Notes: generated by a model not told the origin, from the sequence alone. DNA of 64,000 bases from Bacillota bacterium (GCA_036839975.1 DAISVU010000006.1:25379-89378); one strand, 5' to 3'. Positions 21,098 through 30,080 are shown, counted from the first letter of the stretch. A program made the numbers and translations.

Positions 21098-21976
21098 TTA
21101 TATGAACCACTTGTTTTCTGCCCTTCTTCTGCCGAAAACATTCTCAAGATCGGTTTTGTGGTATATAAGACCGGGATCTTCGAATGACTTTGCGCCTTTA
21201 GGGCATTTTTTTATACAGCCGCAGCATTTCATGCAGATGCCGGTTACATTCGAACAGTCGTTTTTATCGATAGAACCGAGGGGACACAAGTTAGCGCAGA
21301 GTCCACAGTTATCACACGCATCTGAAGTAAAAGGCTTGACTTTTCTGATATCGATGTGGTTCCCTTCGCTGTCGCGCGGCTTGTAATACGGCCCAGGGGG
21401 GTTGTTGCCGTCGACTTCTACAGGAGGGCAGCTGATACTTGTGGTATCGGCATCAGCTTTTGCGTCAGCGGAGCTGCGCACTGCCGGGGAAAAAGCATTG
21501 ATCGCTGTCAGTTTATCTGTTACAGCATCTATGAATGTATCGGCCTCTGCCATATCTTCGGCATCGGGTCTTCCTGCACCCAGTATCTCTGACATAGAGT
21601 GCTCTGCAGCAAATGCACCGCCTGCAACGGTGTGGAATTCGTCATTTTCCATAATATTTCTGAGTTCCACGAGCGTATCATCGAAAGATCTGCAACCGTA
21701 CATCACAATCGGTATGCCCAGAGCACCATTCCCCTGTAGTCCTTCAAGATATTTTAAGAGCAGGTTCGGAACTCTGCCTGCGATTACCGGCGTACCCAGT
21801 ACGACCAGATCCTCTTTTCCGAAAGCAATCGGATTTTTGCGCATGTCCAGTCTGGTAAAATCAAACACTTCGTATTCACATCCGGTCTTATCCGCGGTTG
21901 ATTTTGCCACATGGGTGACCATTTTTTCAGTTGTACCTGTACCGCTGAAGTACACAGCCCATATTTTTTTTATCAT
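21098..21976 (-). CDS. flavodoxin-like domain fused to a 2x[4Fe-4S] ferredoxin domain
   Basis: N-terminal IWAVYFSGTGTTEKM (flavodoxin-type). C-terminal CDNCGLCANLCP and CMKCCGCIKKCP clusters. No obvious Shine-Dalgarno sequence. Confidence 0.7.
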   Translation of the reverse strand: MIKKIWAVYFSGTGTTEKMVTHVAKSTADKTGCEYEVFDFTRLDMRKNPIAFGKEDLVVLGTPVIAGRVPNLLLKYLEGLQGNGALGIPIVMYGCRSFDDTLVELRNIMENDEFHTVAGGAFAAEHSMSEILGAGRPDAEDMAEADTFIDAVTDKLTAINAFSPAVRSSADAKADADTTSISCPPVEVDGNNPPGPYYKPRDSEGNHIDIRKVKPFTSDACDNCGLCANLCPLGSIDKNDCSNVTGICMKCCGCIKKCPKGAKSFEDPGLIYHKTDLENVFGRRRAENKWFI

Positions 21977-22232
21977 AAATTTATCGTGCGCAGCTGGTTT
22001 GAATCACGAGGACTTATTGTGAAACTGTCATAGATATTTTATTTAAAGGTTGTTTTTTAGCCTCTTGTAAGCGCACTTCCTCTCGATACATGTATTATAA
22101 CATCCTCCGGCGCAAAAGTGCCACTGTTCTGTAAACATAGCAGTATGCATTGTTCGGAAGTAGTATTTTTACTGCAAACTCCTGCTTTTTTAATATAAAT
22201 GGCCGGCAAAGCATGAATGCAGCCGAAAAAAA

Positions 22233-22261
22233 TTACAAAAACCGTACATCTGATGTATAAT
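22233..22261 (+). promoter_or_regulatory. sigma-A-type promoter for the permease/PRT pair
   Basis: TTACAA-17 nt-TATAAT, about 40 nt upstream of the start codon. Confidence 0.5.
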
Positions 22262-22302
22262 GGTTTTGTATATTGTTATTTTATATTATTTGGGAGGAAT
22301 TC

Positions 22303-23664
22303 ATGAAAAAATTTTTTAAGCTCGATGAGCTACAAACCACTGTCAGAACAGAGGTAGTTGCAGGTATTACGACCTTTCTTTCCATGGTATATATACTTGC
22401 AGTAAATCCTAACATTCTGCAGGACGCAGGACTCGGTCCTGCAGGAGTGTTTACGGCAACGGCTGTGTCCGCCGCTTTTGCAACACTGATCATGGCTTTT
22501 CTGGCAAATTATCCGGTAGCGCTTGCAAGCGGTATGGGGCTGAACGCCTATTTCACATATTCTGTCTGCGTGCCGATGGCAAGAGCCGGCATTCAGGATC
22601 CATGGAAAATAGCGCTTACGGCGGTATTGGTCGAGGGTATTATTTTTATTCTTTTGACATTTTGTAAATTCAGACAGGCACTTGTAAACGATGTTCCAAG
22701 AAATCTTAAGCTCGGTATAACGGCAGGGATAGGACTGTTTATTGCCATTGTAGGCCTTAAAAGCGCAGGTATTGTAGTTGCAAATACTGATACGCTTCTT
22801 GCGTTCGGTGATATAAAATCACCGCAGGTGGCACTCGCGCTTACAGGGATTGTAATCACCGTCATCCTTTATCATTACAAGGTAACTGGATACATACTCT
22901 GGGCTATCCTCTTAACATGGGGGATGGGAATGCTGGCGCAGGCCGGCGGATGGTATCATGTTGATGTGGAAGCTAAGGCTTTTTCACTGTTCCCGGACTT
23001 TACACAGGGTGTCCAGATAGCAGCACCACCGATATTCGGTTTTGATTTCGGATGGGTCGCTTCGCATGCTCTCGAATTTACAGTGATAGTATTTTCTTTC
23101 CTCTTTGTAGACTTGTTTGACACGGTCGGAACATTGATCGGTGTAGCAAACAAGGGGGGGCTGGTAGACGAAGAAGGAAATCTCCCGAGAGCGGGCCGCG
23201 CCCTAATGTCTGATGCAATAGGCACGATCTTCGGCGCATGTATCGGAACCAGTACGGTAACGAGTTATGTGGAGTCAAGTGCCGGCGTAGCGGTAGGCGG
23301 ACGCAGCGGTCTTACCGCAGTGGTAACGGGACTTATGTTCATAGTTGCGTTGCCTCTTTCACCGGTATTCCTGGCTATCCCCGGATTTGCCACGGCACCT
23401 GCTTTAATATTCGTGGGACTTTTGATGGTGTCGGCAGTAAAAGAAATGGATTTTGCCGATGATGCCGCAGGCATGATCGGCGGATATCTTGCACTGATCA
23501 TGATGCCGTTCACATATTCCATAGCAAACGGTATAATGTTCGGATTTGTGGCATACGTGATCGTTCGCCTATTCCAGGGCAAGGCGAAAGAAATGCACTG
23601 GGTTATGTGGATATCGTTTGTTCTGTTCGTAATAAGACTGATACAGCTGGCAGTGCAGGGATAA
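22303..23664 (+). CDS. NCS2/AzgA-family purine (adenine/guanine/hypoxanthine) permease
   Basis: GGGAGG RBS. FKLDELQTTVRTEVVAGITTFLSMVYILAVNP signature and a polytopic hydrophobic body. Confidence 0.85.
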   Translation: MKKFFKLDELQTTVRTEVVAGITTFLSMVYILAVNPNILQDAGLGPAGVFTATAVSAAFATLIMAFLANYPVALASGMGLNAYFTYSVCVPMARAGIQDPWKIALTAVLVEGIIFILLTFCKFRQALVNDVPRNLKLGITAGIGLFIAIVGLKSAGIVVANTDTLLAFGDIKSPQVALALTGIVITVILYHYKVTGYILWAILLTWGMGMLAQAGGWYHVDVEAKAFSLFPDFTQGVQIAAPPIFGFDFGWVASHALEFTVIVFSFLFVDLFDTVGTLIGVANKGGLVDEEGNLPRAGRALMSDAIGTIFGACIGTSTVTSYVESSAGVAVGGRSGLTAVVTGLMFIVALPLSPVFLAIPGFATAPALIFVGLLMVSAVKEMDFADDAAGMIGGYLALIMMPFTYSIANGIMFGFVAYVIVRLFQGKAKEMHWVMWISFVLFVIRLIQLAVQG

Positions 23665-23782
23665 ACGCATGTTTATGCATTTGCAGAAATAAACTGATGC
23701 GGCAAGTGTAAAACGGTGCAGGGATGTGACGTTGATATGTACAAACGCTGCAGGTTCAAAATATAAAAAGGGAGCATTTGAC

Positions 23783-24337
23783 ATGGAATATGAAATGGAG
23801 ATAGCAGGGCTTAAGCGCAGACTGCCGCTTTTTTCTATAAGTGAAGATACGTGCATAGCGGCTTTTATAATGTTCGGTGATGTTGAAATAACGAAAGCGG
23901 CGGCAAGAGAACTTTTAATAAGGGCGCCGGAATTCGATATCCTTTTTACAGCAGAAGCCAAGAGCATACCACTGGTATATGAAATGGCGCGGCAGGCAGG
24001 GATGAACAGGTTTGTAATTGCCCGCAAGACACCGAAGCTGTACATGAAAGACATAATAAGATCGGACTTTGGATCGATAACGACCCCGGGAAGTCAGGCG
24101 CTGTGCATAGGCAGCGACGATGCCGAGCTTCTTAAAGGAAAACGTGTGCTTATTGTTGACGATGTAACAAGTACCGGTGAATCTCTGATGACTATGGAAT
24201 ACCTTGTCAAAGAGGCGGGCGGCATCATTGTGGCAAAAATGTCCGTGTTGGCAGAAGGGGATTCGATGGAGCGCAATGATATTATCACGCTTGAAAAACT
24301 CCCGTTGTTTAATTCGGACGGTACAGTCAAAAAATGA
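23783..24337 (+). CDS. type I phosphoribosyltransferase (Apt/Xpt-like purine salvage enzyme)
   Basis: GGGAG RBS. PRPP-binding motif VLIVDDVTSTGESL. Lies directly downstream of the purine permease. Confidence 0.7.
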   Translation: MEYEMEIAGLKRRLPLFSISEDTCIAAFIMFGDVEITKAAARELLIRAPEFDILFTAEAKSIPLVYEMARQAGMNRFVIARKTPKLYMKDIIRSDFGSITTPGSQALCIGSDDAELLKGKRVLIVDDVTSTGESLMTMEYLVKEAGGIIVAKMSVLAEGDSMERNDIITLEKLPLFNSDGTVKK

Positions 24338-24365
24338 AGACAGAAAAACTCAGGCAGATAAAAAT

Positions 24366-24400
24366 GGAGAAAAATTGATTATAGATTTTCCTCCGTTTTT
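24366..24400. terminator. bidirectional rho-independent terminator (PRT gene on +, gap on -)
   Basis: GGAGAAAA...TTTTCCTCC stem (one bulge), flanked by an A-run on the left and GTTTTTATTT on the right. Confidence 0.6.
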
Positions 24401-24513
24401 ATTTCCGCTTTTATACGTTGCACCTTATTCGGGGAAGTCCGGTCAGGCGGCGCGGCATGAGCACAATAGCGGCTCGGGCAGGAAGCCTGGCGTAGAAATC
24501 GTGCAGCTGGACA

Positions 24514-25527
24514 CTAAAGCGCGCTCATGTGATTCAGAGTTCTTATAAGTTGTGATACATAGCTCATTTCATTGTCATACCATGATACGACACGTACTTC
24601 ATAGATGTCGTGAGCCGCCTTGCTAACAAGTGTTTGTGTTGCATCGAAAAGTGAGCCGAAACTCATGCCTATAACATCTGATGAAACGATTTCCTCGTCC
24701 GTGTATCCGAATGACTCGTCGGCAGTCTTTTTCATGGCAGTATTCACATCGTCCGCTGTGACGTTTACGGAAGATTTTACATTGGCATCGAGCAATGTGA
24801 GTGAACCTGATGCAACAGGAACTCTCTGCGCGGAGCCTGTAAGTTTTCCTGTAAGCTCAGGTATAACGAGGCCTATTGCTTTTGCTGCGCCTGATGAAGT
24901 CGGAACGATATTGACTGCGCCGCCGCGTGCTCTTCTCAAGTCGCCTTTCTTATGCGGTCCGTCAAGTATCATCTGATCGCCGGTGTAGGCGTGTATTGTA
25001 GTCATAAATCCGGAAACGACTTCGCTGTAGTCAGTCAGTGCTTTTGCCATTGGCGCCAGACAGTTAGTAGTGCATGAAGCTCCGGAAACGATGGTATCAT
25101 CTTTTGTAAGAATATCATGATTTGTGCCGTATACGACAGTAGGGACATCATTACCCGCAGGGGCTGATATCAGGACTTTCTTCGCTCCTGCATCGATGTG
25201 TGCCTGTGATTTGTCCCGGGCAGCGAAAAAACCGGTGCATTCTAGCACTATGTCTATTCCAAGGTCGCCCCACGGAAGGTTTTTCGGATCCGGTTCACTG
25301 AAGATATTGATCTTAGTGCCATCTACAGTAATCGAGCTGTCATCGTTGGCGATCTTGTGATCATCGGAATAACGACCCTGGACGCTGTCGTATTTGAGCA
25401 GGTGTGCAAGCATCCCCGGATCTGCAAGGTCGTTGATAGCTGTGATTCCATAGTTGTCATCCTCAAACATTTTGCGGAAGGCGAGTCTGCCTATCCTTCC
25501 AAATCCGTTAATTGCGACTTTTATCAT
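24514..25527 (-). CDS. gap: type I glyceraldehyde-3-phosphate dehydrogenase
   Basis: [19 protein letters not shown] and [10 protein letters not shown] active-site motifs. 337 aa. Confidence 0.97.
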   Translation of the reverse strand: MIKVAINGFGRIGRLAFRKMFEDDNYGITAINDLADPGMLAHLLKYDSVQGRYSDDHKIANDDSSITVDGTKINIFSEPDPKNLPWGDLGIDIVLECTGFFAARDKSQAHIDAGAKKVLISAPAGNDVPTVVYGTNHDILTKDDTIVSGASCTTNCLAPMAKALTDYSEVVSGFMTTIHAYTGDQMILDGPHKKGDLRRARGGAVNIVPTSSGAAKAIGLVIPELTGKLTGSAQRVPVASGSLTLLDANVKSSVNVTADDVNTAMKKTADESFGYTDEEIVSSDVIGMSFGSLFDATQTLVSKAAHDIYEVRVVSWYDNEMSYVSQLIRTLNHMSAL

Positions 25528-25585
25528 TTTGTTACCTCCTTAAGATAATCTCATACTTCTTCGGCAGTCTTAAAACCGAGTGCTT

Positions 25586-25614
25586 TTTATGCGACGGTAT
25601 CATCCTCTTGACAA
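25586..25614 (-). promoter_or_regulatory. candidate proximal gap promoter
   Basis: On the minus strand: TTGTCA-17 nt-CATAAA, about 55 nt upstream of the gap start. Confidence 0.35.
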
Positions 25615-25871
25615 TCGAGAGGATGACTTGCCTGTGCGGAAAAAGCACAGAAGCAGGTGCTACAGAAAACTCCTCGAGTCAAAACCCCGGGGGAAGAGGT
25701 ATAAGCATCGGATTTACAACATGTTCCGACAGATATACCTTTATTACTGCCTGCAGCTGTAAAACCGTTGGTTGCTCTTAAACTGCAGGATCATAAACTT
25801 CATAAAGACGGGAGATATCTAATTCTCCCTTTATGCCGCAGGGACTTTGACAGTTGTTTCGTATTACGGCA
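25600..25871. other. cluster of stable hairpins in a gene-free region (candidate structured RNA, strand unknown)
   Basis: Stems at 25600-25626 (9 bp), 25632-25650, 25698-25740 (nested), 25750-25789, 25801-25835 and 25834-25871. No RBS-preceded ORF. Confidence 0.3.
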
Positions 25872-26288
25872 CAGAAAACTATGGCTCTCTTTTATGTCAT
25901 CCGGTCTGCCTCACTGCTGACCATACTCATTATATACTATATACGCTGGAAGTGGTGATTTTTATTTAAAATAAAGAGCAAGTTCTAAAAGGATTTATTA
26001 TTCGGCTCTGTATACCTCTATGTCATGTCTATACTGCCGTTATTGTACAGGTTGTGAATATTCAGGGTTAAATTGGATAATTCAGTTTTTCTTTGCCGCA
26101 CGGCTGACACCGCTATTGTAATATTTGTTTTTTCTGATAAGCAGAATATTTTTTGGGATACAAATTTAAGAGAATATAGTATTATAGATAAAGAAATTGT
26201 TTCAAAAATTCAGCGGCGATAATTTTATACATATTTAAAAACAGGATAAGTATCGAAAGCTGCAAGGTGTAGGGAGTATCAGGCAGAC

Positions 26289-26972
26289 ATGGATGAATAT
26301 ATGAGGAAAATGGTTGAAGTGGCGGATAATCCGCGCGGAGCCTGGGGCCGCAAAATGTTAGAGAAAATGAATACGGGTCATATGAAGCTCATTAATTGGG
26401 GTTTTGAAAATATCGACATGAACGTCTTTGACCGTATACTGGACATAGGCTGCGGAAGCGGGAATTCACTGGCGATGATGTATGCGGAAAATCAGGAAGC
26501 ATATTATGAAGGGATAGACATCTCAGAAGTTTCTGTAAAGGCAGCGAAGGAAAACAATGTGTCAGCAATAAGGACAGGTCATATGAATGTACGGCTCGGC
26601 AATGTTACAGACATGCCGTATGCCGCTGAGATTTTTGATCTGGCAGTCACGGTCGAGTCTTTTTATTATTGGAAGGAATATGATAAGGCTATGGATGAGG
26701 TCGCAAGAGTCTTGAAACCGACAGGGAAGTTTCTTGTGATACTCGAGGCTCACGGCGACAGCGACGATCCGGAAAGACATAAAGAAATCACAGACATACT
26801 TAAAGACATGTACATCCCCGGAGAGGCGGATTTTAGAAAAATATTCAGTGCCGCAGGATTTGAAGCTGAAATCAAAAAGAGCGGAGACTGGATTAAAGTG
26901 TTGGGAGTTAAAGTTCGAAAGCAGACAAACAAGGACCCTTTCTTAACGAAAAGGTCCTGCTTCAGATATTAA
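26289..26972 (+). CDS. class I SAM-dependent methyltransferase
   Basis: Motif I ILDIGCGSGN, post-I GIDIS and LKPTGKFLV motifs. Confidence 0.75.
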   Translation: MDEYMRKMVEVADNPRGAWGRKMLEKMNTGHMKLINWGFENIDMNVFDRILDIGCGSGNSLAMMYAENQEAYYEGIDISEVSVKAAKENNVSAIRTGHMNVRLGNVTDMPYAAEIFDLAVTVESFYYWKEYDKAMDEVARVLKPTGKFLVILEAHGDSDDPERHKEITDILKDMYIPGEADFRKIFSAAGFEAEIKKSGDWIKVLGVKVRKQTNKDPFLTKRSCFRY

Positions 26973-26996
26973 AATTTATATTGAGCAAATCCTGAT

Positions 26997-27602
26997 TTAT
27001 GCAATGATCTCGCGCTTGATAGCAGCGAGCAGATCGTCGTATTCCTCGTAAGCTTCCAGTTCCGGATGTTCCTCTCTGATACGGTCAGTACTTTTAAAGA
27101 GAAATCCTTTTTTGCTGACCAGGATCATATCAAGATCATTATGGCTGTCGCCTGCGGCTATAGTTTCAAAGCCGATCGACTGCATCGCTTTGACTGTAGA
27201 AAGTTTGGAGTTTTTGACCCTCATATGAAAATCCGTCACTGTGCCATCGGTTGCCACATCCAGGTAGTTGCAAAAGAGTGTCGGCCATCCGAGCTTTTTC
27301 ATAAGAGGTTTCGCAAACTGTGTAAAGGTATCACTTATTATTATTGTCTGTGTTATAGATCTTAACTCATCGAGAAATTCTTTCGCTCCCGGTAGAGGAT
27401 CGATCTTTGCAATAGCGTCCTGTATTTCTTTGAGACCCAGGCCATGCTCTTTGAGAATGCCCAGCCGCCAGGTCATGAGCTTGTTATAATCAGGTTCATC
27501 TCGAGTAGTGCGCCTGAGTTCGGGGATCCCGCTTGCCTTTGAAAAAGCAATCCAGATCTCCGGCACGAGTACACCTTCAAGATCCAAGCATACTAAATTC
27601 AT
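26997..27602 (-). CDS. thrH: HAD-family phosphoserine phosphatase/homoserine phosphotransferase (ThrH-like)
   Basis: Start MNLVCLDLEGVLVPEIW (DxD-type HAD motif I as DLEG), ISDTF, GDSHNDLDM. About 201 aa from ATG 27602. Confidence 0.7.
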   Translation of the reverse strand: MNLVCLDLEGVLVPEIWIAFSKASGIPELRRTTRDEPDYNKLMTWRLGILKEHGLGLKEIQDAIAKIDPLPGAKEFLDELRSITQTIIISDTFTQFAKPLMKKLGWPTLFCNYLDVATDGTVTDFHMRVKNSKLSTVKAMQSIGFETIAAGDSHNDLDMILVSKKGFLFKSTDRIREEHPELEAYEEYDDLLAAIKREIIA

Positions 27603-27663
27603 TTTTATTAGTCCTTTCTTTTTTCTTTGATTTATGGGATAAACCGAAAAGTCTTTTGAAACG

Positions 27664-27692
27664 ATATTAATATATTTGTGTATACTTGTCAA
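27664..27692 (-). promoter_or_regulatory. sigma-A-type promoter for thrH-like gene
   Basis: On the minus strand: TTGACA-17 nt-TAATAT. Confidence 0.5.
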
Positions 27693-27915
27693 ACGAATTG
27701 AATCAATCCGGTAAACAGTGTTGATTTTATTTATTCACATATGAATTAAGTTGATTTATTGACATCAAGACCGGTGTTTTGCACGTAAACAACGATATGT
27801 AGTGCCTGAAACAAAAAAATTTGTGAAGCTTAGCAACATGTTCAATTTTATCACATGTATACAAAAAATTCGGGTGCAAAAACATGTAAAAACAGCCGTT
27901 TAGGGCTTAGATTTA

Positions 27916-27944
27916 TTGAAATTAAAAAAAACGAATGTTAAAAT
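27916..27944 (+). promoter_or_regulatory. candidate promoter for the M23 peptidase gene
   Basis: TTGAAA-17 nt-TAAAAT with TGt just upstream of the -10. It would give a ~170-nt leader. Confidence 0.4.
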
Positions 27945-28118
27945 GTGCTCACTAAACGCAATATCTGGTAATGAAATTTTTAATGTATTGATGATAATTA
28001 TAATATCTACAGTTGCGCGAAAGCTTTACCGGGCGGTATTTTAAGATAATGATGCAAGATATCAGGCAGAAGTCCCGGCAAACAGCGAGAGTATAGGAGA
28101 CTTAAGAAGGTTGATACA

Positions 28119-29930
28119 ATGAAAAAAATATTGGGTTTAGTTGTTGCTATTATAATATGTGTTTCATTAGTCATCGGCGATCCGATGGCTTATTTTGGTG
28201 CGGGCGGAATCTTCGGATCCAGGGCGGCAGCGAAATATGCGACGGGCTATTACAAGGTGACTGCTGACGATGGCCTTAATTTGAGATCGGGTGCGAAGAT
28301 TTCGTACTCGGTGATTCTCACTGTTCCGACCGCTGCTACCGTCAAGGTTAGAAAAGTCAAGAAAAAATGGGGATATACGACTTACAACGGCAGGAAGGGC
28401 TGGATCTCGCTCAAGTATACGTCATATCTCGGCACTTATCTCCCCGGCAAGTACAAAATCACTGCAGAACCTTATCTCCGGCTAAGAAAGTCTGCGAGCA
28501 CAAGATCGGACGTTCTTATAAATATACCTAAAAATACGGCAGTAAAGGTAAGCAAATCCAGAGGTGTATGGGGATATACGACTTATAAAGGCAAGAAGGG
28601 CTGGATTATGATGAAGTACGTGAAGAGGCAGTCGGTGTCTGAAACTGCAGGCCCTGAGCTTTCCATAAAAAACATGAAGGCAACTATGCTGAGCCGGACT
28701 TCTGTTAAGATGTCGTGGAGCAGGCTTGGCAAGGCCGGAGGTTATAAAGTTTACAGGTCTTCAAAGAAAAGTAAGGGTTATTCTCTGATTGCCACAACTA
28801 AAAAAAATTATATCAAAGACAGTAAGTTGGGCAAAAACAAATACTATTATTATAAAGTACGTGCATACAGGGGTTCAAATAAAAAAGCCTACGGAAATAT
28901 AACGGGCGCGCAAGAGATCTATACAGGCTCAGCCCCGACATCGTTCACATCGTTAAAAAGTGAAGGCGACACTTCTATAAAGATAAAATGGGAAAAAGCA
29001 GTCTATTCAAACGGATATGAGATATACATGTGCAGCGGCAGTAAATATGTACGTCTTACAGTACGTAAGCCGAACACATCTGTCGCATACACCATCAACG
29101 GTCTTAAAGAAGGCACGACCTATTATTACAAGATCAGAACATTCAGGACTATCAAAAAGAAGACTTATTACAGCGCTTTTTCGGCAGTCAAAAAGAAGAA
29201 ACTGGTAAGGCTCAATTCTAAGATTACAGGAAGCGGCATCACAAAACCGAAAACATTGAAAGTGGCTCAGGCCTTCACAATAAAAGGAAAGGTAAAATCA
29301 ACTTATAAGTTGAAAAATGTAAAGGTGGGCATATGTGCTTCAAACGGCTCGTGGAAGAGCGGCAGCGGGATGACTGCAAGCAAGAATCCCAAGGAAAAAT
29401 CTTTCGATATAAAAAGCGTTGATGCGGATATTCTTTTTGATAATCTTTCAAAGGGCAAGTATTATTATAAAGTAACAGCTAAAGACACAAAGGGTTATGC
29501 CAAAACTGTGGTAAAAAACAAGTTTAAAGTAACAGCTGCAAAATTCATCTGGCCATGTGGAAACAGGAGCAATATTTCATGCGGCTACGGATGGCGGATA
29601 CTCTTTGGGCGTCGTGATTTTCATCCGGCGCTCGACATTGCCAAGCCGATCGGCACTGCGATCAGAGCCTCCAGGGCGGGCACGGTAAATGTGGTTCAGA
29701 ACAATCCTAACGTTTCATCGTACGGTAAATACATTATTGTCGAGCACGGCAGCGGATATGCGACCCTTTACGCACACTGCAGCAAGATCGTTGCATACAC
29801 CGGAAAGAAAGTCAAACAGGGTGAGGTTATCGCAAAAGTCGGATCGACCGGCTGCAGTACAGGACCTCATGTCCACTTTGAGATAAGGTATAACAGCATC
29901 AAACAGAATCCTCTGAACTATCTGCCTTAG
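28119..29930 (+). CDS. secreted multi-domain M23 metallopeptidase (2x SH3b, 2x FN3-like, Ig-like, M23)
   Basis: Signal peptide. Two repeats ending WGYTTY.GKKGWI..KY. Two FN3-like repeats (GYKVYRS..YYYKVRAY; GYEIY..YYYKIRTF). M23 motifs HPALDIA and GPHVHFEI. Confidence 0.85.
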   Translation: MKKILGLVVAIIICVSLVIGDPMAYFGAGGIFGSRAAAKYATGYYKVTADDGLNLRSGAKISYSVILTVPTAATVKVRKVKKKWGYTTYNGRKGWISLKYTSYLGTYLPGKYKITAEPYLRLRKSASTRSDVLINIPKNTAVKVSKSRGVWGYTTYKGKKGWIMMKYVKRQSVSETAGPELSIKNMKATMLSRTSVKMSWSRLGKAGGYKVYRSSKKSKGYSLIATTKKNYIKDSKLGKNKYYYYKVRAYRGSNKKAYGNITGAQEIYTGSAPTSFTSLKSEGDTSIKIKWEKAVYSNGYEIYMCSGSKYVRLTVRKPNTSVAYTINGLKEGTTYYYKIRTFRTIKKKTYYSAFSAVKKKKLVRLNSKITGSGITKPKTLKVAQAFTIKGKVKSTYKLKNVKVGICASNGSWKSGSGMTASKNPKEKSFDIKSVDADILFDNLSKGKYYYKVTAKDTKGYAKTVVKNKFKVTAAKFIWPCGNRSNISCGYGWRILFGRRDFHPALDIAKPIGTAIRASRAGTVNVVQNNPNVSSYGKYIIVEHGSGYATLYAHCSKIVAYTGKKVKQGEVIAKVGSTGCSTGPHVHFEIRYNSIKQNPLNYLP

Positions 29931-30007
29931 TATGTATTCAAGACTGGATTTTTCGCAGCGCGATCACATGCCGATCAGAAGCATGATTAAAAAAGCTGTG
30001 CTTACAA

Positions 30008-30040
30008 GCCGTCAGTGTGGATCTGACGGCTATTTCTGTT
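30008..30040 (+). terminator. rho-independent terminator after the M23 peptidase gene
   Basis: AGCCGTCAG-tgtggat-CTGACGGCT stem followed by ATTTCTGTT. Confidence 0.65.
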
Positions 30041-30080
30041 GAGATTAACGCAGTTTATATAAAAAGCGGCCCGGTATTTG

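Noticed and set aside
22021-22232. Purine riboswitch upstream of the purine permease (TATAA…CTGTAAAC…GTATGCA resemblance near 22095-22150).
   Set aside because: The P2/P3 loops and junctions do not match (no GGATATGG, TTTCTACC or CCGTAAA…GACTATA pattern). The best promoter lies downstream of this segment.
24420-24513. SRP/4.5S RNA-like GC-rich segment (GTCCGGTCAGG, CAGGAAGCC).
   Set aside because: It lacks the conserved domain IV core (GGUCCGGAAGGAAGCAGC with a GNRA loop) on either strand.
25640-25890. RNase P RNA-like fragments (ACAGAAAAC…ATGGCT on +, AAAGTCC on -; CTCGAG…AAACCCC).
   Set aside because: The P4-type elements lie on opposite strands, are only ~20 nt apart and cannot pair with each other. 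The overall length and order are incompatible with type A or type B RNase P RNA.
26052-26067. Rex-like operator half (TTGTGAATATTCAGGG).
   Set aside because: Only one half-site matches TTGTGAA-N-TTCACAA. It also lies >500 nt from gap and ~220 nt from the methyltransferase start.
27950-28118. Cyclic-dinucleotide (ydaO/c-di-AMP or GEMM c-di-GMP) riboswitch in the M23 peptidase leader (GGCAAAC element).
   Set aside because: None of the longer conserved blocks (for example GGGGUGAAUCC, ACCCGAA, ACGCACAGGGCAAACC) are present. The GGCAAAC is too close to the RBS for a complete aptamer.
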